Shown in pieces: positions 14,012 to 26,081 of a stretch of DNA of 64,000 nt (position 1 is the first letter of the stretch; each line of letters begins with the position of its first letter). The notes beneath the pieces were generated by a model. That model was not told the origin of the DNA. It did not search any database and was given only the letters and a program-made list of their open reading frames with translations. The position numbers and the translations under genes are program-made. Location: NCBI GenBank assembly GCA_013265495.1, contig MU057651.1:2210948-2274947 (forward strand), given 5' to 3'. The stretch comes from Vicugna vicugna (Eukaryota).

Positions 14012-14719
14012 CTAGTACAGGGACAAGGAACGGCCATCAGCTGCTTAGGTTACGTTAAGAATGGAGACAAAAACCCAAAATATTCTCTAAACAGAGAAAG
14101 TCCTTCAAAACTGACTTGCAGAATCATTAAAGGATCTGGGGACAGAGTCGTGACGTGTGGCATTTGTTGACGGTGGGTCCCAGGACGAACTTCTTAGGGT
14201 CAGGATTTCACTAACCGCAGTTCATCAAGTGTGTGGCTGTCCAGGCGCTGGGACTAACAAGTCCACGTGCACAACGTGCTCCTGACCGGCTCACGGGGCC
14301 GGAATGGGCACCACCAGATACTCGCGCATGTATGAAATAACATCGATTCACACAAACTACAAAGTAATCGGATACACACGTGTATATGTACTTATTGGTG
14401 AGTTACGTTTTCAGCTAATGTACAAACTATCCATGACAGGGAGGGAGCAAGGTACCCAGAACAAAGGCTACCTCAACACAGTCACCGGCAGCCGGGGATT
14501 TCTCGTCATGACACACGGCACTAAGGAATACCCGGGCTACGGCCCTCAGGGCTGCAGAAGGCAGACGGAGGTGGTTAGAGCACTGGAATTGCCCAGAGCC
14601 ACACAGTCAGACCCGCGGCGCTGGGCGTCAACGCGGGACGGAAGAGCCCTTTTCACGTCAACGTGCTCCGTGACTTAGGCACCACGCCAGAAGGCGACAA
14701 GGTGGGACGCAAAAGCAGC

Positions 14720-14930
14720 CCGACTTAGAAGCACGAAGACCTGGATCTGAGGGACACCTTTCTTTCTCACAAACTGTAACGTTACCTGGGGTAATCACTA
14801 AATCTTTCTGAAGTCCAGCTCCCTTGTTTGTAAAACAAAGAACCCTAATATACGATAACGTGTCTCACAGAATTGTCTCCATGTAACAAACGCCATGAAC
14901 GTTAAAGTACTTGAAAAAGCTATGAATCAT
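14720..14930 (+). mobile_element. MIR SINE remnant
   Basis: Core-like AATCACTAAATCTTTCTGAAGTCCAGCTCCCTTGTTTGTAAAAC. Confidence 0.55.
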
Positions 14931-15899
14931 TAAGCTTAAATTCAAGTTGTTAATTCTGAAAGTGCCATGGTTTTCCACCAGAAAAAATTATTAGGTATTA
15001 AAAGTCACTCAATAAACCACTCTTTATAACTGAAAGTATTATCTTAGTAAATAACTGCTTTTCTTTTTCAATTTTAAGAAAATGACTCATTGCTTATAAA
15101 TCTCAGGCTGAAATTCACTCTGAAGTTTGTTTCTTCAAGACAAAACAGAAGACGAATGTTCTTAGTGATGAAATGTTCGTGAGTAATTTTTTCACGAACG
15201 ATTTGCTGGGTTTCTAGCGAACGGAAGCCCGTTTCAGATGCTGAAGGAGAAATGAACAGATGGACACCCGACCCCCAAGGAACTTACACAGAGCCTGGTG
15301 CCTTGACGACCCCCATTTCTATGCCCCGGACGAAGCTGAGAAATGTGATACACGTTTAGAACGCATTTCTATTGCATTGCCCGTTTCTTCATGAGTATCT
15401 TTTGATGAAAGATTACATATTTATCAGTAACATGCCTCTTTTTTAGAACAGAGTAGGAGGTTTTCAAGTGTTTGCAGACACAGAAAGAAACATTGCAGTA
15501 ACGCGATAAAAGGTGCCACAAACTGTAAAGAAGGTTTAGAATATCACGTAAGCAACGAGGCTACGCATTCCTTGGCGATAATCTGCAATAGAAATTTCCC
15601 AAACCGGAAGCACCAACCAGGAAGCGTATTAATATACATCTCAGTGCCTACCTCAGTGTTAAACAATACCACAGCCAGAACCTCTAGCAGCATGTACTTT
15701 GTAAGAACACACCCTCTGGCTACTTCTTATTTTAAAAAGTTTAAACGTGGCACACTTTGAAGAGATGCCCAGAGGGCTTCACAGCCAAGCAAGAGAAGAA
15801 CCCACTTAACAAATCAGATCTTTAAATAACTCAGTTAAGTGGGAATTTCAGGATGCCAAGGTTTAACAGTATTAAAAAAGGTGTTCATCTCAAAGCATA

Positions 15900-17150
15900 A
15901 AAACACTTATCTCAATTCTATGGTCTTATTCAAGATGTCCAACACTAACAGCAAATTAAGAAGCATACAGGAAAGCTAGAAATGGCACATTTCCTCAATA
16001 CCAAGCAATGCTCGAGGTCAGACTTTTAAATGAGACAGACGTCAGAAGTCTGAGTTAGTTTAAAACAACTGTGAATAATGTATTAAAGAATGCAGTGGAA
16101 AATGTAGGCAGCAGGCAAGATGAGACAGGAGATTTCAGCACAGACTGAAACTATAAGAAAGAATTAAATGGAAATGTTAGAACTAAAAACAAAACAAAAT
16201 GAAAAGAAACTATAAAAATACAGTAACACAGACGGAGCCTTGCTTCAATGGGCTCATAAATTAAGAAAAGAATCAATGAACCTGAAGACGGGTCAAAAGA
16301 AATTCACCCAGCCAGAATCAGAAAGAGAAAAAACAAAACAACAACAAAAAACACCAAGAAGAAAGACTCCAAGATCCGTGCAACAATATCTAACAGTGTC
16401 ACCCACGTGTGACAGGGATCTCAGAAGGAGCAGACGGACAGGACGGAGCAGAACCGTGTCAAGATACAACGGCGGAGAATTTTCCAGAATTAATGACAAA
16501 CCCAAACTGCAGACCCAAGAAGCTTATAGAACACAAGCAGAATAATACAAATAACAAAAAAACAAAAAATAAGCATTTAATATCCGAATCACTGAAAACG
16601 AAAGGCCAAGAGGAAATCTTGACATTAATCAGAAAAAAAAAAAAGCACACTGCCCCAAGAGAGACAGGGATGAGGTTACAGCAGCCTTCTCATGAGAAAC
16701 TCTCCAAGCCAAAAGAACACAGGGGGTCACCTTTAGCATGCTGAAAGAAAAAAACCTGCCAACCCAGAGTTCTACAACCAGCAAAAGAAAAAGATGAGCA
16801 AATTTGACCCAAAGCAGACAGAAGAAAGGAAATAATAAAGGTAAATGCAGAAATCAACGAAACTGAAAAAGGAAAAATACCAGAGGGAAATAAATCAAAC
16901 CAAAAGCTGGTCCCTTGAAAAACGGATAAAATTGTTAGCCAGAGACCAAAGTGAAAGAGAAGTGACACGACCAACAGCAGGAGTGAATGAGGGCACATCA
17001 GAGAGGTCCTGAACATTGCGAAAAGACAGCAAGAAGGCACCACAAACCGCGTTACACGTCAATTCACCAAGTCCAAGAAAATCAAAGCTGGGCAGATTCC
17101 TTAAAAGACACAAAGCATGAAAACTCACAGACGGCGTGAGAGGAAAACCC
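15900..17150 (+). mobile_element. Old L1 (ORF1 and ORF2 fragments)
   Basis: GAAAGAATCAATGAACCTGAAGA; GAGAATTTTCCAGAATTAATGA; GCAGAAATCAACGAAACTGAAAA. Confidence 0.7.
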
Positions 17151-20100
17151 GATCGCTTCCTCATTTAGGTTATTACCTGTGAAGTCTGAGACGAGACTCC
17201 AAAGGCACATGACCTCATTCTCTCCACGCCTCTATTTTTCATGGAGGACATGGCTGTACTTACTGCAAAGAACTGCTATGAAATTTAAATGATGAGCACG
17301 TGCAAATTGCTCAGAACGGTGGCTGACGTATGATTCAATTCAGATGTGTTTACTGTTTTTATAAAATTCAAAATAAAAATGAAATAAAAATACGCTCTTG
17401 TGGAATACAAAATACATACAGATCTGTATTTATTTACATAAATACGTGCATTTGCTATACGTGTGAACACACAGATACAGATATGCATTTACACACACAC
17501 AAACACATCTATGACACAGGTCACAGAAATGTACTTATGTATTCATGAGCATGGTAAATGCACGTATGTGTATATAACGTGTTTATATGTGTAGCATTAT
17601 ATATAAACACGTTAATTATATATAACATAAATAATGTGTATCATGTGTTTAATGCATGTAGTAAATGCATTAAAAAAAAAGCTACGGAATAATGTTGTAA
17701 AAGCTCGGCACAGTGTTTCCCTGCCAGGGGCCTGGGCTCAGAAGAACGGGATTTTTAGACACGAGAAGGTTCAACAGTCTTGATGACGGTGTATCTTGCC
17801 GTCTTATTATTAGGGAGTTTTATGATGCCTCAGACCTTACCTCCATCTCACGTAGGTCTGTGCATATCAGACGCTTCACAGTAAAAACACTGAGGGAGAG
17901 TAAGATATAACCTATGATCTCTTTTTACAAAACATAGTGAGGATGCAGGCACAGGGTACAGGTCAGCGTATGTGCGGGCCCGAGTCTGTGAGAACATTTA
18001 GAAAAGTGGTACCGCCAACGTACCAGAAAGAGTTCACTCAGCAGGACGGCATCAGGGCTGGAGTAAGAGGCACAGGCCCTGTGGCCATAAATGCACCACC
18101 CCGTAACTAAAAGCCACCGAGGGAGAGGCACACGGCGGGGGGCGGGGGGCAGACAGATGCCGTGTCTAAGGCTTGGACCCCACACTTCGCAGCCGCCCAA
18201 GCCACCCGACCATTTCTCGCCAAAGCAGCGTGCAAGTACGTAACTGCATGTTCCTTTGGTTCAACTTCAGGGGATCTACCTTTGGGACACCCACAGAAAG
18301 ATACCTAAAAGACAGCGTAGTTAAACCTAGGGTCCAAAAGGGTTCTCTGTTTTCCAAGCGGTAAGACAATCAGACATTTCCTCAGGTCTTCCTGAAATAA
18401 CTGAGAAGACTAACGAGCTTTCAAACGGCCGACAGTGAACCAGGATGCGATACCACATTGAATACCAAAACAGAATCATGATGTCAGAATCCCAGGGTTT
18501 TCTGGGAACAGCTTTTATAAATATTTATAAATTACAGATACAAAAACGATTGCATTAATATGATTTTATCCTTACCTGGAAACAGCTACATTTCTGAAAA
18601 TCTATTTTTCCATTATGAAAGTAAGTAAAAAAAAAATGTCACTTCCAGTTAAAGGATTCAAAATCCACTTACACACTATATTTCGCAACACTGGCATGGC
18701 ATCTTGGAGGAGAAAATGCTTCAAGTTCCAATTTCCAAATCAAAGGAGCAGCAAATTACAGCAGAGCAACGTAATACTTAAACGCTTCTATTTCTGAACT
18801 CAGAGTTTCAGTATCAAATGCAAAATAGACTTAATATCCCTGTCTGTATTATGTTCTGTGTTTTCGGGGAGCAATGAAAATAGAATTTGGTTCTATTCTC
18901 AGCACCGGATGCCTTTACACCCGGCCCACTGCACTGACTTGTGCTAACGGCCCAGCCTGTCGGGGTTCCCGTTCCTGGCCTCTGCCGGCTGCTCCCCGCC
19001 GCTCTCCGGCTGCAGTCGGCTCCCCGGGCCTCCCGCGATGCACAGCACCACGTGGTCACCCCCTGAGAGCTGAAGAAACCCTGAAGAAACGCCACCTCGC
19101 GTATAGCGTGGAGTCACTCTCTAAGCCTTGAGTTGTGTTCGAATCAACATAAATATTAGAATAACGTACAAGGGATCGTTCAACTACATACAATGTGAAT
19201 TGAAACGTAAAATATTTCTTCAGCAAGTCTTTGTGTGAATATACTGTTTTTCTCTGTTCCAGTTTACTGGATGAGCCGGTGGGAGGAAATATTTTGGACG
19301 AAAATTCATTAATCTGAAGGCTGGAAACAAAACCAGCCAAGCTGATTTATATTTGTGAAACAACACTGCAAAAACAAACCAGCTCTTAGCCAACAAAAAA
19401 ATTCAGAATGGAAGTAAGATAGGCGTTTCAAAATAGCAAAATAAGACAGTGAATGGAGAAAAAGTTGATCAAATCAATCAGACCAATAGTAGTCCCCCTG
19501 TGGAAAAAGGCACCTTCAGGGGAAGGAGAGCTTGCTTTCTCAAAAATCTGAAAACCCTAAGGCTGCCGTTAGGGTGCATCTCAAGTCCCCCCTCTCTGGC
19601 TGAGCACACAAGCACTCAATTTCCGCTTTTGCAAGCACAGCATTGATACCGTGTCAGTACATGGCCACTGCCAAACCACTCAGGGTATTTAATAAAAACC
19701 ATGTTCTTAACACTAAAATATGTTAAATTTAGTCCTTTTTTCAAAATGGATAATAAGACTTCAGTTAAATTCACCTACAATCCATATTGTGCGGTCAGGA
19801 TTTTGGTCGGAATGAAACAGAAGTTCAAATACACACAAGACCGTTAACTACTAATAAAAGCCTCGAGCTGCCCATGTGGGGCGGTGTAAAACACGCACCG
19901 CCACGGTTACAGATCCAGAGCTCAAAGCGCTCGCTGGTCTTCTGACCAAAAGCCAGAGTCACATGCGTGTCTTCATACACTCTGTGCGGACAGAAGTCTG
20001 ACTCAAGTAACCAAAATGATTTTATGAACTTTACAAAGAAAAGGCAGCACCGTCTTGAAATAAGGATGCTTAGAGAATTTTCCACTTTAATCATCCTGCA

Positions 20101-20290
20101 CGTGTCTATCTCAGACTGAGATCTGTGAAGCGTGGCCGCGCCACGTACACTGTGAGACCCCGACTCCAGAAAGAAATCACGAGTAAGGGACTGAGTTAAC
20201 AGATGAATGTGGACGAGATACAAGGATTCCTTCTGTTCTGAGCACAGCTCACACGGCTCACTTTTAATCACAACTGACACCGAGTCCTAC

Positions 20291-20416
20291 CTGAAACAAT
20301 TTTCCCCTTCGGCCCGTGCCACTGGAACGACGGGTCCACCAGCTCGGAATTCCGGAGTTGCTGCGTGACACACAACACGTGCGGGCTCTTCCGATGGAGC
20401 GGGACGTACACCTTCA
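20291..20416 (-). CDS. ZPBP: ZPBP exon 3, first half of Ig-like domain ([42 protein letters not shown])
   Basis: 126 nt, gcag|TGAAG...TCAG|gtagg, phase 1-1; near identical to recalled human ZPBP. Confidence 0.96.
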
Positions 20417-21769
20417 CTGCGAACACAATGTTAACATGTTCCCATAACGTTTCAGGCTCATTCACGTTCCACAGTGGCTTACATTTTGCACTCTGGGCTA
20501 CACGTTTCCGTGCGTTTTCTTTGGATTATTGCTATTACTTGATGAGAACTCAATGTCACTGCGCTCCACGTAACTCACATTCAAAAAGACACACTTATTT
20601 GGGTGTGAGAATGTATCTCAGTCTCAGCATAATGCATTGGTCTTTTTATTCAGAGCTCACAAACACTAACTTATTTTATTCTCAAAAACGTATTTTAATT
20701 ACAGAATACTAATTAATTCTATATCTAGACTTCATCCGTTTTGCGAAGACCAAACCTGAAAGAAAGTGACAAGATAAATTTGTTGATTAGAGGAGTAACA
20801 GATAGACTGAAGATAAGAAGGCAATCGTTATTTAAATAAAATATAAACTAGTACTTTATATCTTTGGGATATGGAATGATTCTTAATGTAAAAAGCATAT
20901 AAACATAAAAAGAAAAACACCGAACGCAACTCCTTAAATAATAACAATTTCTGTTCAGTCCTACGACACAGACAAAGTTGACATCTGGGACCAAAAGCAC
21001 AACCAACTTGGCATCTGGGAGAAGCTGTCTGCAAAAAAGACAGTCAATAAGGAATTTATAACTGGAGTATAAATAATATGAAACTGACTCCTTCGAGGAC
21101 AGCAAGAGAATGATGGGCAGAGGTAACTTAACTTTCAGTTTAGCCAAAATGGAAAACCTGGACAGCGTGTCACGCCGTGAGGGTGTGGGGACAGCACCAG
21201 TGCGTGAAGCGGAAACTGCGGAGCGGCTCTCCTGAGGCTGAGAACGCCCCGTCCTGCGACGAGGAGCTTCTACTCCTGCGTATCGCAAACCCAGAAACCT
21301 TGTCAACAGGCACAGGATGAAACCGAGACAAAGGTCTTCACACACAACAACAACAACAAAAAGAAAAGAATTCCAAGTGCAACAAAGACGTAAAGAAATA
21401 ATTACTGAATGAATGGAAACATGAGGGATGAAACTAGGAGACCAGCTGCTCTGAGAGAAGAAGTAAAAAGGGAACAAGGTAAAGAGGTCACAGCACGGAA
21501 AGCCGGCTGACCTCGTGTGACAGAAGAAACTGAAGAGGTTCTAGGCGAGAAAAATCAGGCAGCCAGCATTTTACACAGGGACAACTAGCAAAATTTATAA
21601 CAGCCTACTCTGGGATATGAGAAATACATATCAAGGAAAACTAATGAGTTTTAAGGATAAATGTAAGCATATCCGGTAGAAGAAAGCAACAAAAAGGGAA
21701 ATTAGTTTCATGTAACTTTTATAATTTATGTTTAAAAGCTATATAGTTTTTTTAAAAAAGTTGTGATGA

Positions 21770-24700
21770 TCAGTGAAAATGGCAGAGTAAAGAATTCCAA
21801 AAATCACCCCTTCATAAAGGTAATAAGAAAAAATGGCATAAACTGCCAGAATTAGTATTTTCAGAACTCTGGAAATTAATCAAGACTTGCAGCAACCCAG
21901 CAAAAACGTGTTCAACAAAAGCAACCGGATCTGGGTGTGACGGGTTAACGATCTTCATTCAGTTACCAATGATAACTCAGCCACCCCACTCCCATCACCC
22001 CTCCCCAGCTCTGTGTAACCCTGAAAACCACCTGCCGCAATGGCTCCAAGAACCAGCAGCCTGGCAGCCGCCGGCGGGCAGACGGCCTTCAGCGCCTCCC
22101 TCCTGGGGCACCGTCATCACCCGACCTTTCTGGCAGGGTCCTGGACGGCACCCCTCACAAGGCGGGCTTCACTGGATCTAGCTCGGAGCACGCCCACCGT
22201 AAAAAGCCTTTTCCACAAAGGGCATTTGTCAGAAACCACAGTGGCAGAGGCCGCCACTGAACGATGTAAATGCCTGGCGCCGTGGGCACAGCCGGGGGAG
22301 CATCAGGCTACCGAAAAGCTTACGAGGAAAAGTGGGGCGTGACATGCCAAGGGCGCTCTGCAAGGCCTGGCACATCCCTGGGGGATAGAAGGCCAAGTGC
22401 CCGCGGTGTGCGGCACTCGGCCAAGACCAGGCGAGCTCAGGGAACGAGAGGCCTTGCCGTCCCCTCCTCGGGCTGAAACCAAGGCCCTGCCTGCACACGG
22501 CAGAGCTGTCAAGTGATGACTAGACGTGGAGGGTGTGCCACGGCGGGCACGCCCAGCGCCTCCCAAGAAACAGCAGACTAACCGTTCCAGGCATTAAATG
22601 AAATGTCTGCCGAGCCATCAGCCCAGCTAAGCCACCTGAGCGGACTCGCCAGTGGCTACACAAGACAGAGAACACATAACGTAAAGAGCTAGCTCAGAGA
22701 AGTCACTCAACAAACACCACAGGAACACCTCGGCTCACTGCGCCTCACTTTATTGTGCTTCACAGATACTGAATTCTTTTGACCTTCAGTGGTTTATAGC
22801 AAGCCTGCATTTCAGATGACGGTTAGCATTTTTTAGCAACCAAGCATTTTTAAATTAAGGTACGTACATTGCTTTTTTAAGCTGCGATGCTATTGCACAC
22901 TTAATAGTACACAGCACCGTGTAAACATAACTTTCACAGGCTTGGGGAAACCAAAAAGCTTCATGCGACTTGCTTTACCGTGACACTGGCTTCGCCGCAG
23001 TGGTCTGGAACCGGCCCTGCAGCGAACTCCGAGCTGTGCCTGTACAACCAGCAGTGACGACATGAATCCCCAGGGAGGGGGAAGAACGCGGTCTCCCGAG
23101 CACGGCACAGTATCACCTACAACGTCCAGTTTTCAGCCAAAAATAGGAGTCGTGCAAAAAACCAAGGAAGTATAACCACAGTCAAGGGGGAAAAAAAAAC
23201 AAACAACAGAAGTGTCTCTGAGGAAGGCCGAATTTCCGAGTCACTGGACAGTGACTTTAAATCAGTTATTTTAAGTATGGTCAAAGCACGTCATGAAGTA
23301 CCAAAGAAAGGTATGCAAACAATGTCTCTCCAAAGACAGAACATCAATAAAGCATCAGAAACTATAAAAAAGAGCCAAAGAAAAATTCTGCATTAAAAAG
23401 CACAACAACTGAAGTGAACGCTCGTTCTATTCACAATAGCATCAGAAAGAGTAAAATATTTAGGGATAAATTTAACAAAAAAAGTACAGGACTCATACAC
23501 TGAGAACTTTAAAACATCACTGAGAGAAGTCAAAGAACACCTAAATGAATGAAAAGGCACTCCACGTTTATGAACTGGAAGACATTACAGTGTTAACGTG
23601 GTAATATTCCCAAACCGACTGCATGCAGTCCCTATGAGGATCCCAGAGGGTTTTTTTCCAAAAATTGACAAGCATGGACTCTCAAAGGACCCAGAATGGC
23701 CAAAACAATCTTGAAAAAGAGCAAATTTGAAGAACTCACACTTAATACTTTCAAAACTGGCTATAAAGCAACAGCAATCATGACAGCATGGTACTGGCGC
23801 AGGGGCAGACATACGTATCAATGGAATTTAGAGTCCATTAAAAAAATACATCTATGGCAAAATGCTCTTCAACAAGGGCACCAAGACCACTCAACAGAGG
23901 GGGAAACGTCTCTGAAACACACGGTGCTGGAACAAGCAGCTCTCCACACGCAAAAGAATGAAGGTTGGCCTCTACTTCACACCACGTGCAAAAAAATTCA
24001 AAATGGACCAAACACCTAAATGTAGGAGCCAAAGCTATAAAGTTCTTACAAGAAAACAGAAGGTAACACTATGTGACGGTGACTGGGCAAACATTTCTGA
24101 GACACGGCTCCTACAGCAACAGTACCAAAGGAAAAATAGAAATGAGACTTCATCACTGTTTAAAATGTGCTCTTAGAGAACACTATTAAAAAGTGAAAAC
24201 ACAATCCACAGAATAGAAGACAGTATTTGCAAATCCAACATCTGACAAGGGTCTAGCATCCAGAGCGTATTTTAAAAAGCTCTTCCAACTCAACAATATA
24301 AAAGACAACCAAATTAAAAATACGCAAAGGACCTGAACAGGCATTTCTGCAGAGAAATTTGTTTATTCAAATAGTCAATAAACACATGAAATGAAATTCC
24401 AAGTATCAGTCACCGGGGAAATGCAAATCAAAACCACAGTGAGAATCCACTTCACACACACTAGGATGACTATGATTTAAAAAGATGGACAATAATAAAT
24501 GCTAATATGGATGCTGGGAAATTTGAATCCTCATACATTTCTGGCGTGAAAGTACAACAGCTCGGGCTCTCTGAAAAATAGTTTGTCAGTTCCTGAAAAT
24601 GTGAAACACAGAGCTACCATATGTCCCAGCAATTTCACTCACAGAAAACACAGGCTCACACAGAAACCTGTACAGGAATGTTCACAGCAGCACTCTTCAA

Positions 24701-25130
24701 AATAGTCAAAAAGTGGAAACTTTCTAAATAGCCATCAACTTGATGGACACACAATTATGGTATATCTATACAGCGGAATATTATTCAGCCATAAAAAATG
24801 AAATATTGATACATTCTCTATAACACAAATGAACGCTGAAAACATCATACTAAGTGAAAGAAGCCAGACACTAAACACCACACAGTGTATGATTCCATTT
24901 ACATGAACTGTCCAGAATGGGTGAATGCAGACAAACAAAGTGGATCAGTGGTTTCCAGGGGCTGGAATGTGACTGCTTAATGGGTATAGTGCTTCTTTTT
25001 GGAGCGATGAAAATGCTGTGAAATTACATATTGCTGATGGTTTCACAAGCTGGTCAATATACCAAAAACTAATCAGGTGTATACATTAAAGGAAGAATTT
25101 TAAGGTACGTAAATTTACCTCAATAAAAAT
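21770..25130 (+). mobile_element. Old L1 (5' region, ORF2 C-terminal part and L1MB-like 3' UTR)
   Basis: AAAATGGCAGAGTAA start; MAKTILKKSKFEELTL...TAWYWRRGRH ORF2 remnant; 3' end TTTACCTCAATAAAA. Confidence 0.8.
22720..23042 (+). mobile_element. Tigger1-type DNA transposon, internally deleted, nested in L1
   Basis: Ends CAGGAACACCTCGG...CCGAGCTGTGCCTG|TA; internal TTTTTAAATTAAGGTACGTACATTG...GCTATTGCACACTTAATAG. Confidence 0.8.
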
Positions 25131-25535
25131 AATATATATACATAATATATACAAAAAGTTGTAGACGCTCATGTAACTACTGCGAAATCTCATTAATCCA
25201 AAATCTGTATGATTTATAGCTCTCATCTGAAAAAAGTTTTAGCATACTGAGCTGCATACATTTAATGTTTATTATATAACAAACAAAAACACTATAGACA
25301 AATTTAATTAGCTAATCTTTAGAAATAATTATTTTTTGCACACTTAAGCAGTTACAGGAAACAGAATTTTATGAATCTAACTCTACGGAAATAACTTTAA
25401 TCAACTTCCCTAGAAGGAAAGGGGCCATAGGAGAGGAGGATAACTGGGGAACAGCAGCCTTTTGGAAAGGATTGACAAAATTAAGCCAAATGCTAATTAC
25501 TTTCTTACAGTCACTGCAAATCTACTTATTAATAC

Positions 25536-25616
25536 CTGGAAAAGTTGGTGATCCCACTATTTTCACTGAATCCTGGGTATAGCGGAAACCTCTTGGTAAT
25601 CGAAGCAAATTTCCAA
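25536..25616 (-). CDS. ZPBP: ZPBP exon 2 ([27 protein letters not shown])
   Basis: 81 nt, atag|TTGGA...CCAG|gtatt, phase 1-1; matches recalled human [27 protein letters not shown]. Confidence 0.93.
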
Positions 25617-26081
25617 CTATCAAAAAGAAGAACAGAAATGATCAACAATCTGCCTCATCAGAAATTTCGAATTATTTAAAGAGCACAGTGTCACGGTATA
25701 TTGGTGCCTGTTGAGGGGGAGAGCCATGAATCAATATCCTCTGATGTCTGGTATCTCGGTCCCACCTCTACCCCCTCATACGCCCCAATGAATTTAACAC
25801 ACTCACTGCTCCCGTCATGCCTCACCTCTGGCTTTTCCTACACCCACTTAGAATACTCTCTTCATTTTTAAAACTTTAAATCTTCACCCTCCAAAACTCA
25901 AACCACAAATCCCTCCTCCCCCAAGCTTCGTCCTTATTTCTTCCTCTCCACAGAGCACTACTCTCTCATCACACTCACTCTACATTGTATTACAGTTCTT
26001 TATACACTTATACAATTCACCTTATTTGATTATAAGCTCAATTGATAGCAGAATCCATGTTTATGTCAACTTATCAAAATG

